A DNA stretch of 64,000 nt from an uncultured Prevotellaceae bacterium (GCA_945831805.1 CAMADY010000001.1:5529-69528), one strand, 5' to 3'. Shown: positions 19,628 to 30,169, counted from the stretch's first letter. Numbers and translations: made by a program. Notes: generated from the sequence alone by a model not told the origin.

Positions 19628-21619
19628 ATGAAATACGATATCGAACGCGACATACACTACCTGAGACTGCTCTCCAAGTCGTTTCCTAACGTACCGGCAG
19701 CTTCTACCGAGATAATAAACCTCTCTGCCATCCTCAACCTTCCGAAGGGTACGGAGCATTTCCTTGCCGATATACACGGCGAGCATGAGGCTTTCATTCA
19801 TGTCTTGAAGAATGCCTCTGGACGTATCTCAAACAAGGTCAATGAAATCTTTGGAGAGTACCTTCCTGCATCGGCAAAGAAGGAACTCTGCACACTCATC
19901 TATTACCCAGAGCAGAAGCTTGAACTGGTAAAGAATCAGATGGACAATATAGACGAGTGGTATCGCATGACACTTCATCAGTTGGTGAAGGTCTTTCGCG
20001 TGACATGTTCAAAATATACGCGTTCAAAGGTACGTAAGCACCTGCCGGAGGAGTTCAGTTACATCCTCGAAGAACTCCTGCATGAGCGTAGTGAGGAGGC
20101 AAACAAGGTGGCATACGTCAATGTCATCATCGATACTATCATATCAACAAACAGTGCCGACGACTTCATTACTGCACTTGCTAACGTCATTCAGCGTCTC
20201 TCTATCGACCAGCTGCACATCCTCGGTGATGTCTATGACAGAGGACCTGGTGCCCATATCATAATGGACAAGCTCGGACAGTACCATTCGTGGGACATTC
20301 AGTGGGGAAACCATGACGTGCTTTGGATGGGTGCATGTGCCGGAAACGATGCTTGTATCTGCAATGTTATTCGTCTATCTCTGCGTTATGCCAACCTCCT
20401 GACCCTTGAGGATGGCTATGGCATTAACCTCATGCCTCTCGCAACATACGCTATGGAGACGTATGGCAATGACCCATGTACTGCCTTCCAGCCTATCCTC
20501 AACCCAGAGAATAAAGATCGATTTGACCAGAAGACACTTCGCCTTATGGCAATGATGCATAAGGCTATCTCCGTACTTCAGTTCAAGGCTGAGGCACAGA
20601 CGTTCCGCCGTAATCCGCAATGGCAGATGACGGACCGCTGTATGTTCAGTCGTGTTGACTTTGAGAAGGGTACATGCTATATCGATGGCAATGAATATAA
20701 TATGCTTGACATGAACTTCCCAACGGTAAATCCTGATGATCCAGAGGCATTTACAGAAGAGGAAGAGTTGCTTATGCAGAAGCTTCATCACTCTTTCAGG
20801 GTTTCAGAGAAGCTGCAGCGACACATCCGTACTATGCTCTCGCATGGTTGTATGTATGCAATATATAACAACAACCTGCTCTTCCATGCCTCTGTGCCTC
20901 TCAATGACGACGGAACACTGAAACAGGTTGAGATTATGCCAGGTGTAATATGCAGCGGACAGCTCATGATGCACCGCATTGGAATGATTATACGCTCTGC
21001 TTTCCAGAATGATACACCGGCAGAGGAGAAGCGCTATGCACGCGATTATTTCCTTTATCTATGGTGCGGTAAGGACTCATGCCTCTTCGACAAGTCAAAG
21101 ATGGCCACCTTCGAGCGTTACTTCATTGCTGAGAAGGAGACACACGTAGAGAAGAAGGGCGTCTTCTTCCGTATGCGTGACGATGATAGTCTTGCAGAGA
21201 AGATGGCGGACACCATACTCGATGCATTCGGTGTTATTGGTCCTAACCGACATATCATCAATGGTCACGTACCTGTTCACGTAAAGAAAGGTGAGTCTCC
21301 TATCAAGGCCAATGGAAAGCTCATGGTCATAGACGGTGGCTTTGCAGAACCTTATCATAAGGAAACAGGAATCGCTGGCTATACTCTCGTATATCACAGC
21401 CGTGAGTTTGAACTTGTTCAGCATGAGCCGTTTACCAATGTTGAAGATGCTGTGCGTGAAGGACGTGACATTAAGTCAACGGCCAATATTGTAGCAACAG
21501 CAGGCAAGCGACTTCTTGTTGCCGATACAGACCTTGGCAAGGAACTCTCCAAGCAGGTAGAAGACCTCCGCGAACTTCTCTATGCATACCGTCATGGTTT
21601 CATAAAGGAGCAGAAGTAG
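19628..21619 (+). CDS. fbp: Fructose-1,6-bisphosphatase class III
   Basis: TEIINLSAILNLPKGTEHFLADIHGE, GDVYDRG, WGNHD, INGHVP and IDGGF. Confidence 0.95.
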   Translation: MKYDIERDIHYLRLLSKSFPNVPAASTEIINLSAILNLPKGTEHFLADIHGEHEAFIHVLKNASGRISNKVNEIFGEYLPASAKKELCTLIYYPEQKLELVKNQMDNIDEWYRMTLHQLVKVFRVTCSKYTRSKVRKHLPEEFSYILEELLHERSEEANKVAYVNVIIDTIISTNSADDFITALANVIQRLSIDQLHILGDVYDRGPGAHIIMDKLGQYHSWDIQWGNHDVLWMGACAGNDACICNVIRLSLRYANLLTLEDGYGINLMPLATYAMETYGNDPCTAFQPILNPENKDRFDQKTLRLMAMMHKAISVLQFKAEAQTFRRNPQWQMTDRCMFSRVDFEKGTCYIDGNEYNMLDMNFPTVNPDDPEAFTEEEELLMQKLHHSFRVSEKLQRHIRTMLSHGCMYAIYNNNLLFHASVPLNDDGTLKQVEIMPGVICSGQLMMHRIGMIIRSAFQNDTPAEEKRYARDYFLYLWCGKDSCLFDKSKMATFERYFIAEKETHVEKKGVFFRMRDDDSLAEKMADTILDAFGVIGPNRHIINGHVPVHVKKGESPIKANGKLMVIDGGFAEPYHKETGIAGYTLVYHSREFELVQHEPFTNVEDAVREGRDIKSTANIVATAGKRLLVADTDLGKELSKQVEDLRELLYAYRHGFIKEQK

Positions 21620-21680
21620 CATCAGTGTCTTATAGTAAGCCCTTAAGGATTACATCTTAATATCACCAAGTAACCACCAA

Positions 21681-21722
21681 CACCCATCACCCAACACCCA
21701 TCACCCATCACCCATCACCCAA
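21681..21722 (+). repeat. Heptamer tandem array CACCCA(T/A) x6
   Basis: cacccat cacccaa cacccat cacccat cacccat cacccaa, ending 1 nt before ATG 21724. Confidence 0.92.
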
Positions 21723-21723
21723 A

Positions 21724-22131
21724 ATGAAGACATCCCCATTGACATTCGTCCCTATGCTGACGACTCCCTTGTTCCTTTTCCTCATCTTCTGGTTCATCTA
21801 TGGTCTGCCTACAGACATAATGATCAGTGTAGATTACTTCTGGCTGCAGTTCTGTATGACGCTGATTACCATACTCATGGTACCAGCTGGCTTGAAGTAT
21901 ATAACAAGAGAGCGAACAAAGAAACTCTACTTCTCGCTTTGTGTTACGAGGATGAGTGTCTTCCAGTTGCTCGTTATTGTCAATGAGGTGTTTTACTTCG
22001 TTTACACAAATACCGCATTCTTCTATCTCGCACTCATCACGTGGGTGGCAATGCTCTTCTGTTTCCCTACAAAAGAACCTGAAATAATGCCTGTCATGGA
22101 AGACGAAGCTAACGAACCTTCCGAACAATAA
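21724..22131 (+). CDS. Hypothetical integral membrane protein
   Basis: 135 aa, about four hydrophobic segments, acidic tail; co-oriented with neighbours. Confidence 0.7.
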   Translation: MKTSPLTFVPMLTTPLFLFLIFWFIYGLPTDIMISVDYFWLQFCMTLITILMVPAGLKYITRERTKKLYFSLCVTRMSVFQLLVIVNEVFYFVYTNTAFFYLALITWVAMLFCFPTKEPEIMPVMEDEANEPSEQ

Positions 22132-22137
22132 CAAGTT

Positions 22138-22656
22138 ATGAACTCCCTTCGCCTTGCAGCCCTCGAACCTGAAGATCTGGACTTGCTCTATACTATAGAG
22201 AACGATGGGGAGATGTGGAGCATTGGAAACACCAATGTCCCATACAGTCGCTATGCCCTTAGGGACTATATCGCCAATCAGCAGTTCGACATCTTCACTG
22301 ACAAGCAGGTGAGGCTTGTGATAAGGGTAGGGGAACCAGGCGATACGGCAGAGAAGGCTGTAGGACTGATAGACCTTTTCAACTTCTCGCCAGAGCATTC
22401 GAGGGCAGAGATGGGACTTGCCGTGCTCAAGGAAGAACAAGGTAAGGGTTATGCTACAGAAGCTATAGGCCTGCTTGCCGACTATGCCCTGAATGTGGTG
22501 CATCTGCATCAGATTTACTGCATAGTGCCGGCAGACAATAAGCCTTCGCTTGCAATGCTCAGGAACAATGGTTTCACCAACGAACAGGTCTTGAAGGACT
22601 GGATAAGGAGGGGTGAAGACTATGCCGACGCTATCCTTTTGCAGAAATTTCTGTAA
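22138..22656 (+). CDS. GNAT N-acetyltransferase (RimJ/RimL, SpeG-like)
   Basis: LEPEDLDLLY, QGKGYATEA (acetyl-CoA motif A) and NKPSLAML..NGF. Confidence 0.85.
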   Translation: MNSLRLAALEPEDLDLLYTIENDGEMWSIGNTNVPYSRYALRDYIANQQFDIFTDKQVRLVIRVGEPGDTAEKAVGLIDLFNFSPEHSRAEMGLAVLKEEQGKGYATEAIGLLADYALNVVHLHQIYCIVPADNKPSLAMLRNNGFTNEQVLKDWIRRGEDYADAILLQKFL

Positions 22657-22691
22657 CTGACACCTTTATTATTAAAAAAGAAGCAAAAAGT

Positions 22692-22722
22692 TTTGCATTT
22701 TCGTTTCTTTTTTGTATCTTTG
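22692..22722 (+). promoter_or_regulatory. Primary-sigma promoter for the DUF4301 gene
   Basis: TTTG (22692-22695), 19 nt spacer, TATCTTTG (22715-22722). Confidence 0.75.
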
Positions 22723-22785
22723 CAACCAAGAATACAAAATCCAAACAAGAAAACTATATTTCTATTAAACCATATTTAAAATACT

Positions 22786-24240
22786 ATGTTAGAAGAAAAA
22801 GACCTAAAGCAGCTTGCAGCCAAGGGCATTAGCGAGCAGCAGATTGAAACACAGTTGAATCAGTTCAAGACAGGATTCCCTTTCCTTAAACTCGAAGCAG
22901 CCGCATCCATCGAGCGTGGTATTCTCGCTCCAACCGATGAGGAGGCACAGGCTTATGTCAAGGCATGGGAGGAGTATAAGGCTTCCGGCAAGAAGATCGT
23001 GAAGTTCGTACCCGCATCAGGTGCTGCAAGCCGTATGTTCAAGAACCTCTTTGAATATCTGGATAATGGTGTTGAGACAGACTTCATAAAGAAGTTCCTC
23101 GGCAACAAGGATAAGTTCGCATTTGCTTCACAGCTTGAGGGTAAGGACGGACGGGATGCTGTCAGCTTCCTTCTCAAGGATATGAACTATGGCAATCTGC
23201 CAAAGGGACTTCTTCTCTTCCATTCATACGACGACGGAGCACGCACTCCTGCACTCGAGCATCTCGTAGAGGGAGCACTCTATGCATCGTCTGCCGGTAA
23301 GGTGAATATCCATTTTACTGTTTCTCACGATCATCTGGAGCTCTTCAAGAAGCATATCGCAGAGAACCTTCCTAAGTTCCAGGAGAAGTATGGCGTGCAG
23401 TATGACGTTACATTCTCTGAGCAGAAACCATCAACAGATACCGTAGCAGCAAACCCTGACGGCACTCCATTCCGTAATGAGGATGGCACACTGCTGTTCC
23501 GTCCGGGTGGTCATGGCGCACTCATCGAGAACCTCAATGAGATTGACGGTGATGTTATCTTCATCAAGAATATTGATAATGTCGTTCCTGACCGTCTGAA
23601 GCCAGAGACAGTTCAGTGGAAGCAGGTTATCGCTGGCGTCCTCGTTACTCTCCAGAAGAAGGCATTTGAGTATATCAAGGTTCTCGAAAGTGGTAAGTAT
23701 GACCACGAGAAGCTTGAGGAAATCATACGCTTCGTACAGCAGGATCTCTGCTGCCGTAAGGCTGATATCAAGGAACTTGAGGATGCAGAACTCGTTATCT
23801 ACCTCAAGAATAAGCTCAACCGTCCAATGCGCGTCTGCGGTGTTGTCAAGAATGTCGGCGAGCCTGGTGGTGGTCCATTCCTTACATACAATCAGGATGG
23901 AACCGTATCGCTCCAGATTCTTGAGTCAAGCCAGATTGATACAACCAACGAGGCTTACATGAAGATGTTTACTGAGGGTACACACTTCAACCCTGTTGAC
24001 CTCGTCTGTGCTGTTAAGGATGTTAACGGTAAGCCATTCAACCTCCCTGATTTCGTAGATAAGACAACAGGCTTCATCTCTTCAAAGTCCAAGAGCGGTA
24101 AGGAACTCAGGGCTCTTGAGCTCCCGGGTCTTTGGAATGGTGCAATGTCCGATTGGTCAACAGTCTTCGTACAGGTACCTCTCGGCACGTTCAACCCAGT
24201 AAAGACTGTTAACGACCTCCTCCGTGAACAGCATCAGTAA
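22786..24240 (+). CDS. DUF4301 family protein
   Basis: KFVPASGAASRMFK, FRPGGHGALIENL, FIKNIDN, GEPGGGPF, LELPGLWNG and FNPVKTVNDLL. Confidence 0.85.
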   Translation: MLEEKDLKQLAAKGISEQQIETQLNQFKTGFPFLKLEAAASIERGILAPTDEEAQAYVKAWEEYKASGKKIVKFVPASGAASRMFKNLFEYLDNGVETDFIKKFLGNKDKFAFASQLEGKDGRDAVSFLLKDMNYGNLPKGLLLFHSYDDGARTPALEHLVEGALYASSAGKVNIHFTVSHDHLELFKKHIAENLPKFQEKYGVQYDVTFSEQKPSTDTVAANPDGTPFRNEDGTLLFRPGGHGALIENLNEIDGDVIFIKNIDNVVPDRLKPETVQWKQVIAGVLVTLQKKAFEYIKVLESGKYDHEKLEEIIRFVQQDLCCRKADIKELEDAELVIYLKNKLNRPMRVCGVVKNVGEPGGGPFLTYNQDGTVSLQILESSQIDTTNEAYMKMFTEGTHFNPVDLVCAVKDVNGKPFNLPDFVDKTTGFISSKSKSGKELRALELPGLWNGAMSDWSTVFVQVPLGTFNPVKTVNDLLREQHQ

Positions 24241-24297
24241 ACTAACGTAACAAATCTCTAACGTAACAACAACTCTACGGAGTTCCCGTGAAAATTA

Positions 24298-24337
24298 GAA
24301 AAAGGGTAAGCAGTTCGTTGCTTACCCCTTTTTTTCT
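24298..24337. terminator. Bidirectional intrinsic terminator
   Basis: GAAAAAGGGTAAGCA-gttcgt-TGCTTACCCCTTTTTTT between convergent genes. Confidence 0.8.
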
Positions 24338-24426
24338 TATGTTTAGAGCCGTAAATGACACTGCAAACCTTATGTCTATAGCCGTAAAAAGACACAGTGA
24401 TAATCTCGGAGTTATGTAACCGTCCT

Positions 24427-26079
24427 TTAGAACGTCACTCCGATTGATGCAAGGACGCTATGCCTGTTGGTATTGTCGTTGCGGTGTGCCCAGTCGTAGG
24501 CGAGTGATATGTTTGGACGCATGGTTGGATATTGCCTTATAGCGAACTCGTATGAGCATCCTATGTGAGTGACGGTAGCCTTTGCGAGGGACCCTCCGAT
24601 ACCCTTGAAGCCCAGTCCTGCTTTAAGGAGGTTGCTGTTATGGAACAGGAAAGAGCGTGCTACCTCAATGTGTGGCATGTAGCATGTTACGGATGACGTG
24701 CCGTATGACTCAGTTGATAGAGGAATGTATGGTGTCTGCTTGGCATAAATCCATGACAGACCACCGGAGATACGCCACAGGAAGAGCTGTGTTCTGCCCT
24801 CTATCGTATTCTGTGACCTACTGTTCTCTGAGTTGGCAGGTGATAAGTATGCAGTGTATGTTACCTCACCCTGACGGAGAATCTTGTCGGACATCTTCGT
24901 AGGTGTAAAATAGTCGTAATGCTTTACCTCAGAACCGGTTTCGGTGGTAGTCGTCTCTCGATAGTTATTGCGGTTGGTTGTAAGCTGCTCGTCGTTGAGA
25001 TGTAACTCCAGCCAGTGCAGTGCCGCCCCAGTCAGCTGGCGTGGCAGGGTATATCGCAGTTTCCAATCGAGAATGTTTCCTGAGTGCTCCTCGTGCGATA
25101 CGGTATATTGCGACTCTTTGCCGTAGAAGCCGTTGCGGTGCAAGTAGGCAAACTCTCCATAGAAAACACCCTTCGTTGTGTTGGCATTTCCCGTGACAGC
25201 AACTCCGCAGTATTCGTTGTAGAGAGGCTGCTCGTTTGATTTGTCTATAAAGCCATTTCCACCATAAGTCTCTGTCTGTCCGATGCCCCATGCATAGTCG
25301 ATGAGTGGGCTGTAGCGGCGATCCGTCGTTCCGTGCATCTCGTAGTTGACGGTCTCCGTGTTGCGTCTGTAGAGGAACGATGCTCCAATGAGCGATGCAG
25401 CCTCATGACCTTTGTCCGTGAGCTGTGAGACGTTTCCTGTGTTAGATGAGAATGAGTACGTTAAACCAACGTTTGTGTTGAGGTTCATAAGGGTATTGCT
25501 ATGACGCAGATCCTTGAACTTGTCGTAGCTGCCTGCAGTGAAGTCTGCCATGGCACCAACAGATAGACTGCCTGTTGTCTGCCATCCGAGAGCTCCTACA
25601 GCATGGAAGAGCTTGTACTCCTTACTTCCTGCGTTGGAGAGGGAGTCGTCTGTTATGTCGAACGGTCGCACTTCAAGGTCCAGGCTGAAAGTAGGCGAGG
25701 TGAAGAACATGCTGCCATTCATTCCTTTGCCATGCTGTAGGCAGAAGGCTACATTGCCGTATGCCACGAGCCAGTCGTTAAGGCGATAGTATGACCTTAC
25801 ATCGGCATTAATGGTGTTCTGCTGCCTTGCGAACGACATGTCGTTGAGGAATGGCTGTGCAATGCTTCTTGCATCGCCCCATTTATAGCCATACGCTATT
25901 TCCGCGTTTGTAATGGCAGAGTCGGCAAATGTCGTGAGGCTTGCAGCATTATGGCTTGTAAGCATTACGTTGCGTGTTTCGGCAAGGCGGAAATCACGCT
26001 GTGCAGATACTGTTGTGCAGAGGCATGCGAAAGCGGCAGCCGCCAAGAGTTTGTTTGATATGTTTATAGAGAATATCAC
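24427..26079 (-). CDS. Outer-membrane beta-barrel protein (DUF6850-like)
   Basis: Signal peptide ending VSA-Q, KFKDLRHSN motif, amphipathic strands, C-terminal ASIGVTF; GTG 26079 taken as start. Confidence 0.65.
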   Translation of the reverse strand: MIFSINISNKLLAAAAFACLCTTVSAQRDFRLAETRNVMLTSHNAASLTTFADSAITNAEIAYGYKWGDARSIAQPFLNDMSFARQQNTINADVRSYYRLNDWLVAYGNVAFCLQHGKGMNGSMFFTSPTFSLDLEVRPFDITDDSLSNAGSKEYKLFHAVGALGWQTTGSLSVGAMADFTAGSYDKFKDLRHSNTLMNLNTNVGLTYSFSSNTGNVSQLTDKGHEAASLIGASFLYRRNTETVNYEMHGTTDRRYSPLIDYAWGIGQTETYGGNGFIDKSNEQPLYNEYCGVAVTGNANTTKGVFYGEFAYLHRNGFYGKESQYTVSHEEHSGNILDWKLRYTLPRQLTGAALHWLELHLNDEQLTTNRNNYRETTTTETGSEVKHYDYFTPTKMSDKILRQGEVTYTAYLSPANSENSRSQNTIEGRTQLFLWRISGGLSWIYAKQTPYIPLSTESYGTSSVTCYMPHIEVARSFLFHNSNLLKAGLGFKGIGGSLAKATVTHIGCSYEFAIRQYPTMRPNISLAYDWAHRNDNTNRHSVLASIGVTF

Positions 26080-26093
26080 CTTATTTTCTTTTT

Positions 26094-27344
26094 TTATTTT
26101 TTGAGGGAGCACTGTGATGCTTCGTAGAAATCATTAGTAGAGTTGTTGGTGTCGAGGTATATGTTATGCCCATCCACAACCTTATCAACCTTACGAATCA
26201 GCGAATGGCCCTGCTGAGACGTATGCATTACAGCGCCATTGTCGAGGTCAGGAGTAATGCGCTTCTTGTTGTCGCCCTGCTTGAGTGCATTGAAGGTCTC
26301 CACCGCATCGATAACCCATGACCGCTTAACCTTCAGGCATGAGTATGCATTGTTGCCTTGTCTTCCAGAAGGGTAGGTTATGTTTTCGTTGTTGGATGCA
26401 AAGTCCTTTGGGGTGCAGCCCTCTGTCCTGAAGACAATGATGGCAGGCGAGGTGTTACTCATCATCCATGCCGTACCGTTTCCGTATTTCACGGCCTTCA
26501 GGTACTGGGAAACAGGAATGAGGCTTGATGGAGCAGGGTAGTAGAGTTTGCTGGAGTATGTCTTGCCGTCAGGACCGCTTGATTCTGTATCGTAAAAGCA
26601 GAAATAGTCCTTGTTGGCATAGTTGATGGAGTTTGCATAAACAATGGTGTTGTCTATAGCTCCAGAAGTGTTTATCACAAGTTCTGAATATGGCTGAATC
26701 TTATGTCCATTCTGGAAATACCAGATGCCATTGAGTGCCGGAATCCAGTCTTCTTCCTCATAGTCCAGTTTGCCGTCAGAGATGAAAGAGTGGGTAGAAG
26801 CCTCTGCGTTATAAGGCTCTATCATGCCTATCGCAACATTGTCAAGTGATACTTCGGATGGAGAATTGTTGTAGAGGATAATGCACTTGTCATAGTTGAA
26901 AGCACCGGAGTTATCGTTCTTCTGACATCCGCCAGTATATATTTCCTTTATTACCAATATGTTTGTCGTTGTTCTGATGACAGGCAGTGTTATGTTCGTA
27001 TTTGATGCCTGCTGGTTCTCGCCAACAACGAGATCGGAAACTGAAGCATTATAGACGATGCGTGAATTGAAATTCTCTACTATCTTTGATGTCGATCCCT
27101 GATAGATGCCGGCTGGTATGTTGAAGTGTGCTATGCCATCATTGTCGGTGAATGCCATAACCTTGTTTCCTAAGTTGTTCGTCAGTGTCACTTCGAAGCT
27201 GTCTTTCTGCTCCAAACCATCCATTGTTAGCTGTATGGAAACAGGGTATGTAGGCAGCTCTGCATCGTACGATGTGCAGGCAGCAAAGAATCCCGACAGT
27301 ACGATGCCGATGGTGTATAGTGTTATGTTCTTAATATCCTTCAT
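26094..27344 (-). CDS. Lipoprotein (DUF4876-like)
   Basis: Lipobox FAA-C, LVIKEIYTGG, ILYNNS and DTNNSTNDF. Confidence 0.75.
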   Translation of the reverse strand: MKDIKNITLYTIGIVLSGFFAACTSYDAELPTYPVSIQLTMDGLEQKDSFEVTLTNNLGNKVMAFTDNDGIAHFNIPAGIYQGSTSKIVENFNSRIVYNASVSDLVVGENQQASNTNITLPVIRTTTNILVIKEIYTGGCQKNDNSGAFNYDKCIILYNNSPSEVSLDNVAIGMIEPYNAEASTHSFISDGKLDYEEEDWIPALNGIWYFQNGHKIQPYSELVINTSGAIDNTIVYANSINYANKDYFCFYDTESSGPDGKTYSSKLYYPAPSSLIPVSQYLKAVKYGNGTAWMMSNTSPAIIVFRTEGCTPKDFASNNENITYPSGRQGNNAYSCLKVKRSWVIDAVETFNALKQGDNKKRITPDLDNGAVMHTSQQGHSLIRKVDKVVDGHNIYLDTNNSTNDFYEASQCSLKK

Positions 27345-27370
27345 TATAAATGATTTTCGTAGAATGACAG

Positions 27371-30169
27371 TTACAGTTTCACCCTTACAGACATGCCGTA
27401 ATAGAACTTCGGGATATAGCCGCTATTGAATAGTGATGCCTCCTGATCCGTCTTGGTGTCATTGATGAACGACATGTTGTTGAGGAAGTTGTTTGCATAA
27501 AGCGAAACGGAAAGGAAACGACCTATCTCTTTGGTTACACTGAAGTTACATGAGAAATATGAAGAGAGTCTTGAAGGGTTGAAGAAGTGTGGTGTATTGG
27601 ATTTTACGATGAGTTTGCTGAGCTGCTTGTATAGTGCAGGGTTATTGTCCTTTGCATCGGTGAGCGCAGCAATGAAGTCATGCTTTACGTTAGGATTATC
27701 CCATGTGGAGTAGTATGTAGGATATGCTGCAACATAGCAGTTCCTCTGGTCGGAATAAGGCATTCCGAAGATGTCGTCTTTTGTCTCCAACACAATAGCG
27801 TTATTGTTCTCTGCCAACTGTTTCTTGTAATTGAGGAATGTTGACTCTACCTTGAGGGTCATGATGAGGCTGACCTTCGGTATGCGTGCTGTGAGGGTAG
27901 CATTGAGGTTGAGTCCTTTTGACAGCATTCCGTTTGAGGCAGATGCCGATGAAGGGGATGAAATGTCGCTGCCGTTGTAGTAACCGATGATAGGTGGCAA
28001 GGCAGCATCGGCAGGTGTATTCACGTTGGCACCATTTGGCGCAGCTGCCGTAAAAGTGTTGTCGAGTCCTTTGTAGTGGTAGTAGTTACCATCGAGGCGT
28101 AAAGACATACCGATGAGGCGCTCGTTGCTTACGAGAGGCATGTCAAGAATCCACTCTATGCCGTATCTTGTCACAGGACTTCCGTTGACGTACTGATGGT
28201 TATACTGGAAGATGTTGTATGTGGAGTATGGAAGTGGCGTACCGTCCTGCGATACTATACCTGTCTGCTGGTCAATAGTGAGGCCTGTGCCGTCAGCCGT
28301 TGCTGTAGTATTATATGAAATAGGTGTAAAAAGATACACTTTCTGATAGGGATTCCTCGTCTGTGTCCAGAATCCGGAAACGCTGAGTTTCACACCACGG
28401 TAGGTAGCATCAAGTCCCAGGTCCACCTGGTTGGAATACTGCCATTTCAGTGAACTGTTGTATAGTGTCTTTTGAACGTTGGTGTAGTATGCATAGTATG
28501 ACTTATTGTCAGCATTCGTGGTGGAGTTGAATACCTTTGTGTCATCATATATGTTTGAAGGAAACAGTACCTGGAATGAAGGAAGCTTGACGCTTTTTCC
28601 CCATCCGGCGTGGAAGTTTGCCACCAAACGATGTGACGCTGTTGCAGGGTTTAGGTTAATATTGCGGAAACGCATTGTCACGCGAGGTGAGAGCGAAGAT
28701 GCAGTGCCATACTCAGAGCCGGCTACCGATGTAAGGTCTTCACGCAGTCCTGCTGTTAGTTGCATCTTGCCCATTGTCAGTTTCTCTTCTGCGAAGATGG
28801 CTGTGTTGTGCATGGTAGGAAGGTCTTTATAGACGTATGGGCGCCATCCGTCCTTTGCATAGCTGAGGTCTTCGTAATACTCTCCGAGACCATTGTTCCT
28901 TGAAGAGTTATGCTCTACACCCAGCATTGCCTTTGATACGATGGTGAATCCCTTTTCGGACTTCTCGCGTATCACCTTTATCCATTCCGCCTTCAGCTTC
29001 TGGTTGCCCGTAAGAGGCTTCTGGTCAATGAACTGTCTTTCGTACCAATAGCCTGATGGACCTATGACGATGCCACCGATGGCATTTGCCGGATCATAGT
29101 CCTGCGCAAGAGCATAGCCCGTCTGCATGGTGTGGACGAGAGGGGTAGGCGAGCCACTGACATTCGTATAGTTCTCGGTGCGCTTGTCGGCAGTGGAGAA
29201 AGCCCCATGCATTGTGATTTTCAGGAGATTGCCACGCTTAAGGCTATAGAGCCATGAGAAATCCATTGAACCTCTCAGCTGGTTGTCTCTTGTCTTGCTG
29301 TATGTCTCGGAGAACTTGTCCGGATCCGCCTCGTCGTAGGAACCACCTATGTTGCCAGTCAGTGCAGCATGGAGGGTGTATGTCATGTATCTGTCATTCT
29401 CAAATGCCTTTCTGTTGCTGTAGTCGAAGGATGTTGAGAGGATGTTGCGCTGATACTTGTCGTATGGTGATGCCGTTTTCCTGAAGCTTTCCGCATGTTC
29501 TAGGGAAATGTTAATGGAACCGGTGGAGTTCTCGTGGCGCTCCATGAAGCCCGACCTGTTGCCGAAGAGGTTGAAACCTTTGTTGAGGGCTACCTGTCGG
29601 GTGTATGGATTCAAGGAACCTTCTATAATCCATTGTGAGTAACCCTTGCGCGGCTTCACCTTCAAAATGCCGTTGGCAATGTCGCCGTATTCCACGCCTG
29701 CAATGCCCGAAATAATCTCTATCGAACCGATATTGGAAGACGATATGTTACGTGTTGATGAAGACTGTATCTCGTTCATCATCGCATTGTTGTCAAGTCG
29801 CATGCCGTCAAACTCTATGGCAGTGCCGAAGGCCGCGTTGCCCCTCTCGTTGTAGCCCTTGTCGTTAATGAAGGAGCCGGTGCGGAGTGACAGGCGTGAG
29901 TCGTCGGTGAGATTGGAGTTGACGGTTCTGCCTCCCGGCATCAGCGCCATGATGTCTGACAGGTTTGTAACCTGCGCATGGTCAAGCACATTCCTGTTCA
30001 TCACGTATGATGTAGTACCGTCCTTCGCCCTTCGTTGCGCAGTAACCTCAACGCCCTTCAGTTTCAATGATTTGTATGTCTCGATAGTGTCATTGTCTGC
30101 CAATAGTGTCTGAGCAGATGATGATACGGTTGTTAAAAGAAATATTATGCAATTAGTTGTTTTCTTCAC
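27371..30169 (-). CDS. TonB-dependent outer-membrane receptor
   Basis: Signal peptide, LKGVEVTAQ TonB-box-like segment, plug motif NIGSIEIISGIAGVEYGD, LSPR strand, C-terminal YYGMSVRVKL; GTG start. Confidence 0.88.
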   Translation of the reverse strand: MKKTTNCIIFLLTTVSSSAQTLLADNDTIETYKSLKLKGVEVTAQRRAKDGTTSYVMNRNVLDHAQVTNLSDIMALMPGGRTVNSNLTDDSRLSLRTGSFINDKGYNERGNAAFGTAIEFDGMRLDNNAMMNEIQSSSTRNISSSNIGSIEIISGIAGVEYGDIANGILKVKPRKGYSQWIIEGSLNPYTRQVALNKGFNLFGNRSGFMERHENSTGSINISLEHAESFRKTASPYDKYQRNILSTSFDYSNRKAFENDRYMTYTLHAALTGNIGGSYDEADPDKFSETYSKTRDNQLRGSMDFSWLYSLKRGNLLKITMHGAFSTADKRTENYTNVSGSPTPLVHTMQTGYALAQDYDPANAIGGIVIGPSGYWYERQFIDQKPLTGNQKLKAEWIKVIREKSEKGFTIVSKAMLGVEHNSSRNNGLGEYYEDLSYAKDGWRPYVYKDLPTMHNTAIFAEEKLTMGKMQLTAGLREDLTSVAGSEYGTASSLSPRVTMRFRNINLNPATASHRLVANFHAGWGKSVKLPSFQVLFPSNIYDDTKVFNSTTNADNKSYYAYYTNVQKTLYNSSLKWQYSNQVDLGLDATYRGVKLSVSGFWTQTRNPYQKVYLFTPISYNTTATADGTGLTIDQQTGIVSQDGTPLPYSTYNIFQYNHQYVNGSPVTRYGIEWILDMPLVSNERLIGMSLRLDGNYYHYKGLDNTFTAAAPNGANVNTPADAALPPIIGYYNGSDISSPSSASASNGMLSKGLNLNATLTARIPKVSLIMTLKVESTFLNYKKQLAENNNAIVLETKDDIFGMPYSDQRNCYVAAYPTYYSTWDNPNVKHDFIAALTDAKDNNPALYKQLSKLIVKSNTPHFFNPSRLSSYFSCNFSVTKEIGRFLSVSLYANNFLNNMSFINDTKTDQEASLFNSGYIPKFYYGMSVRVKL

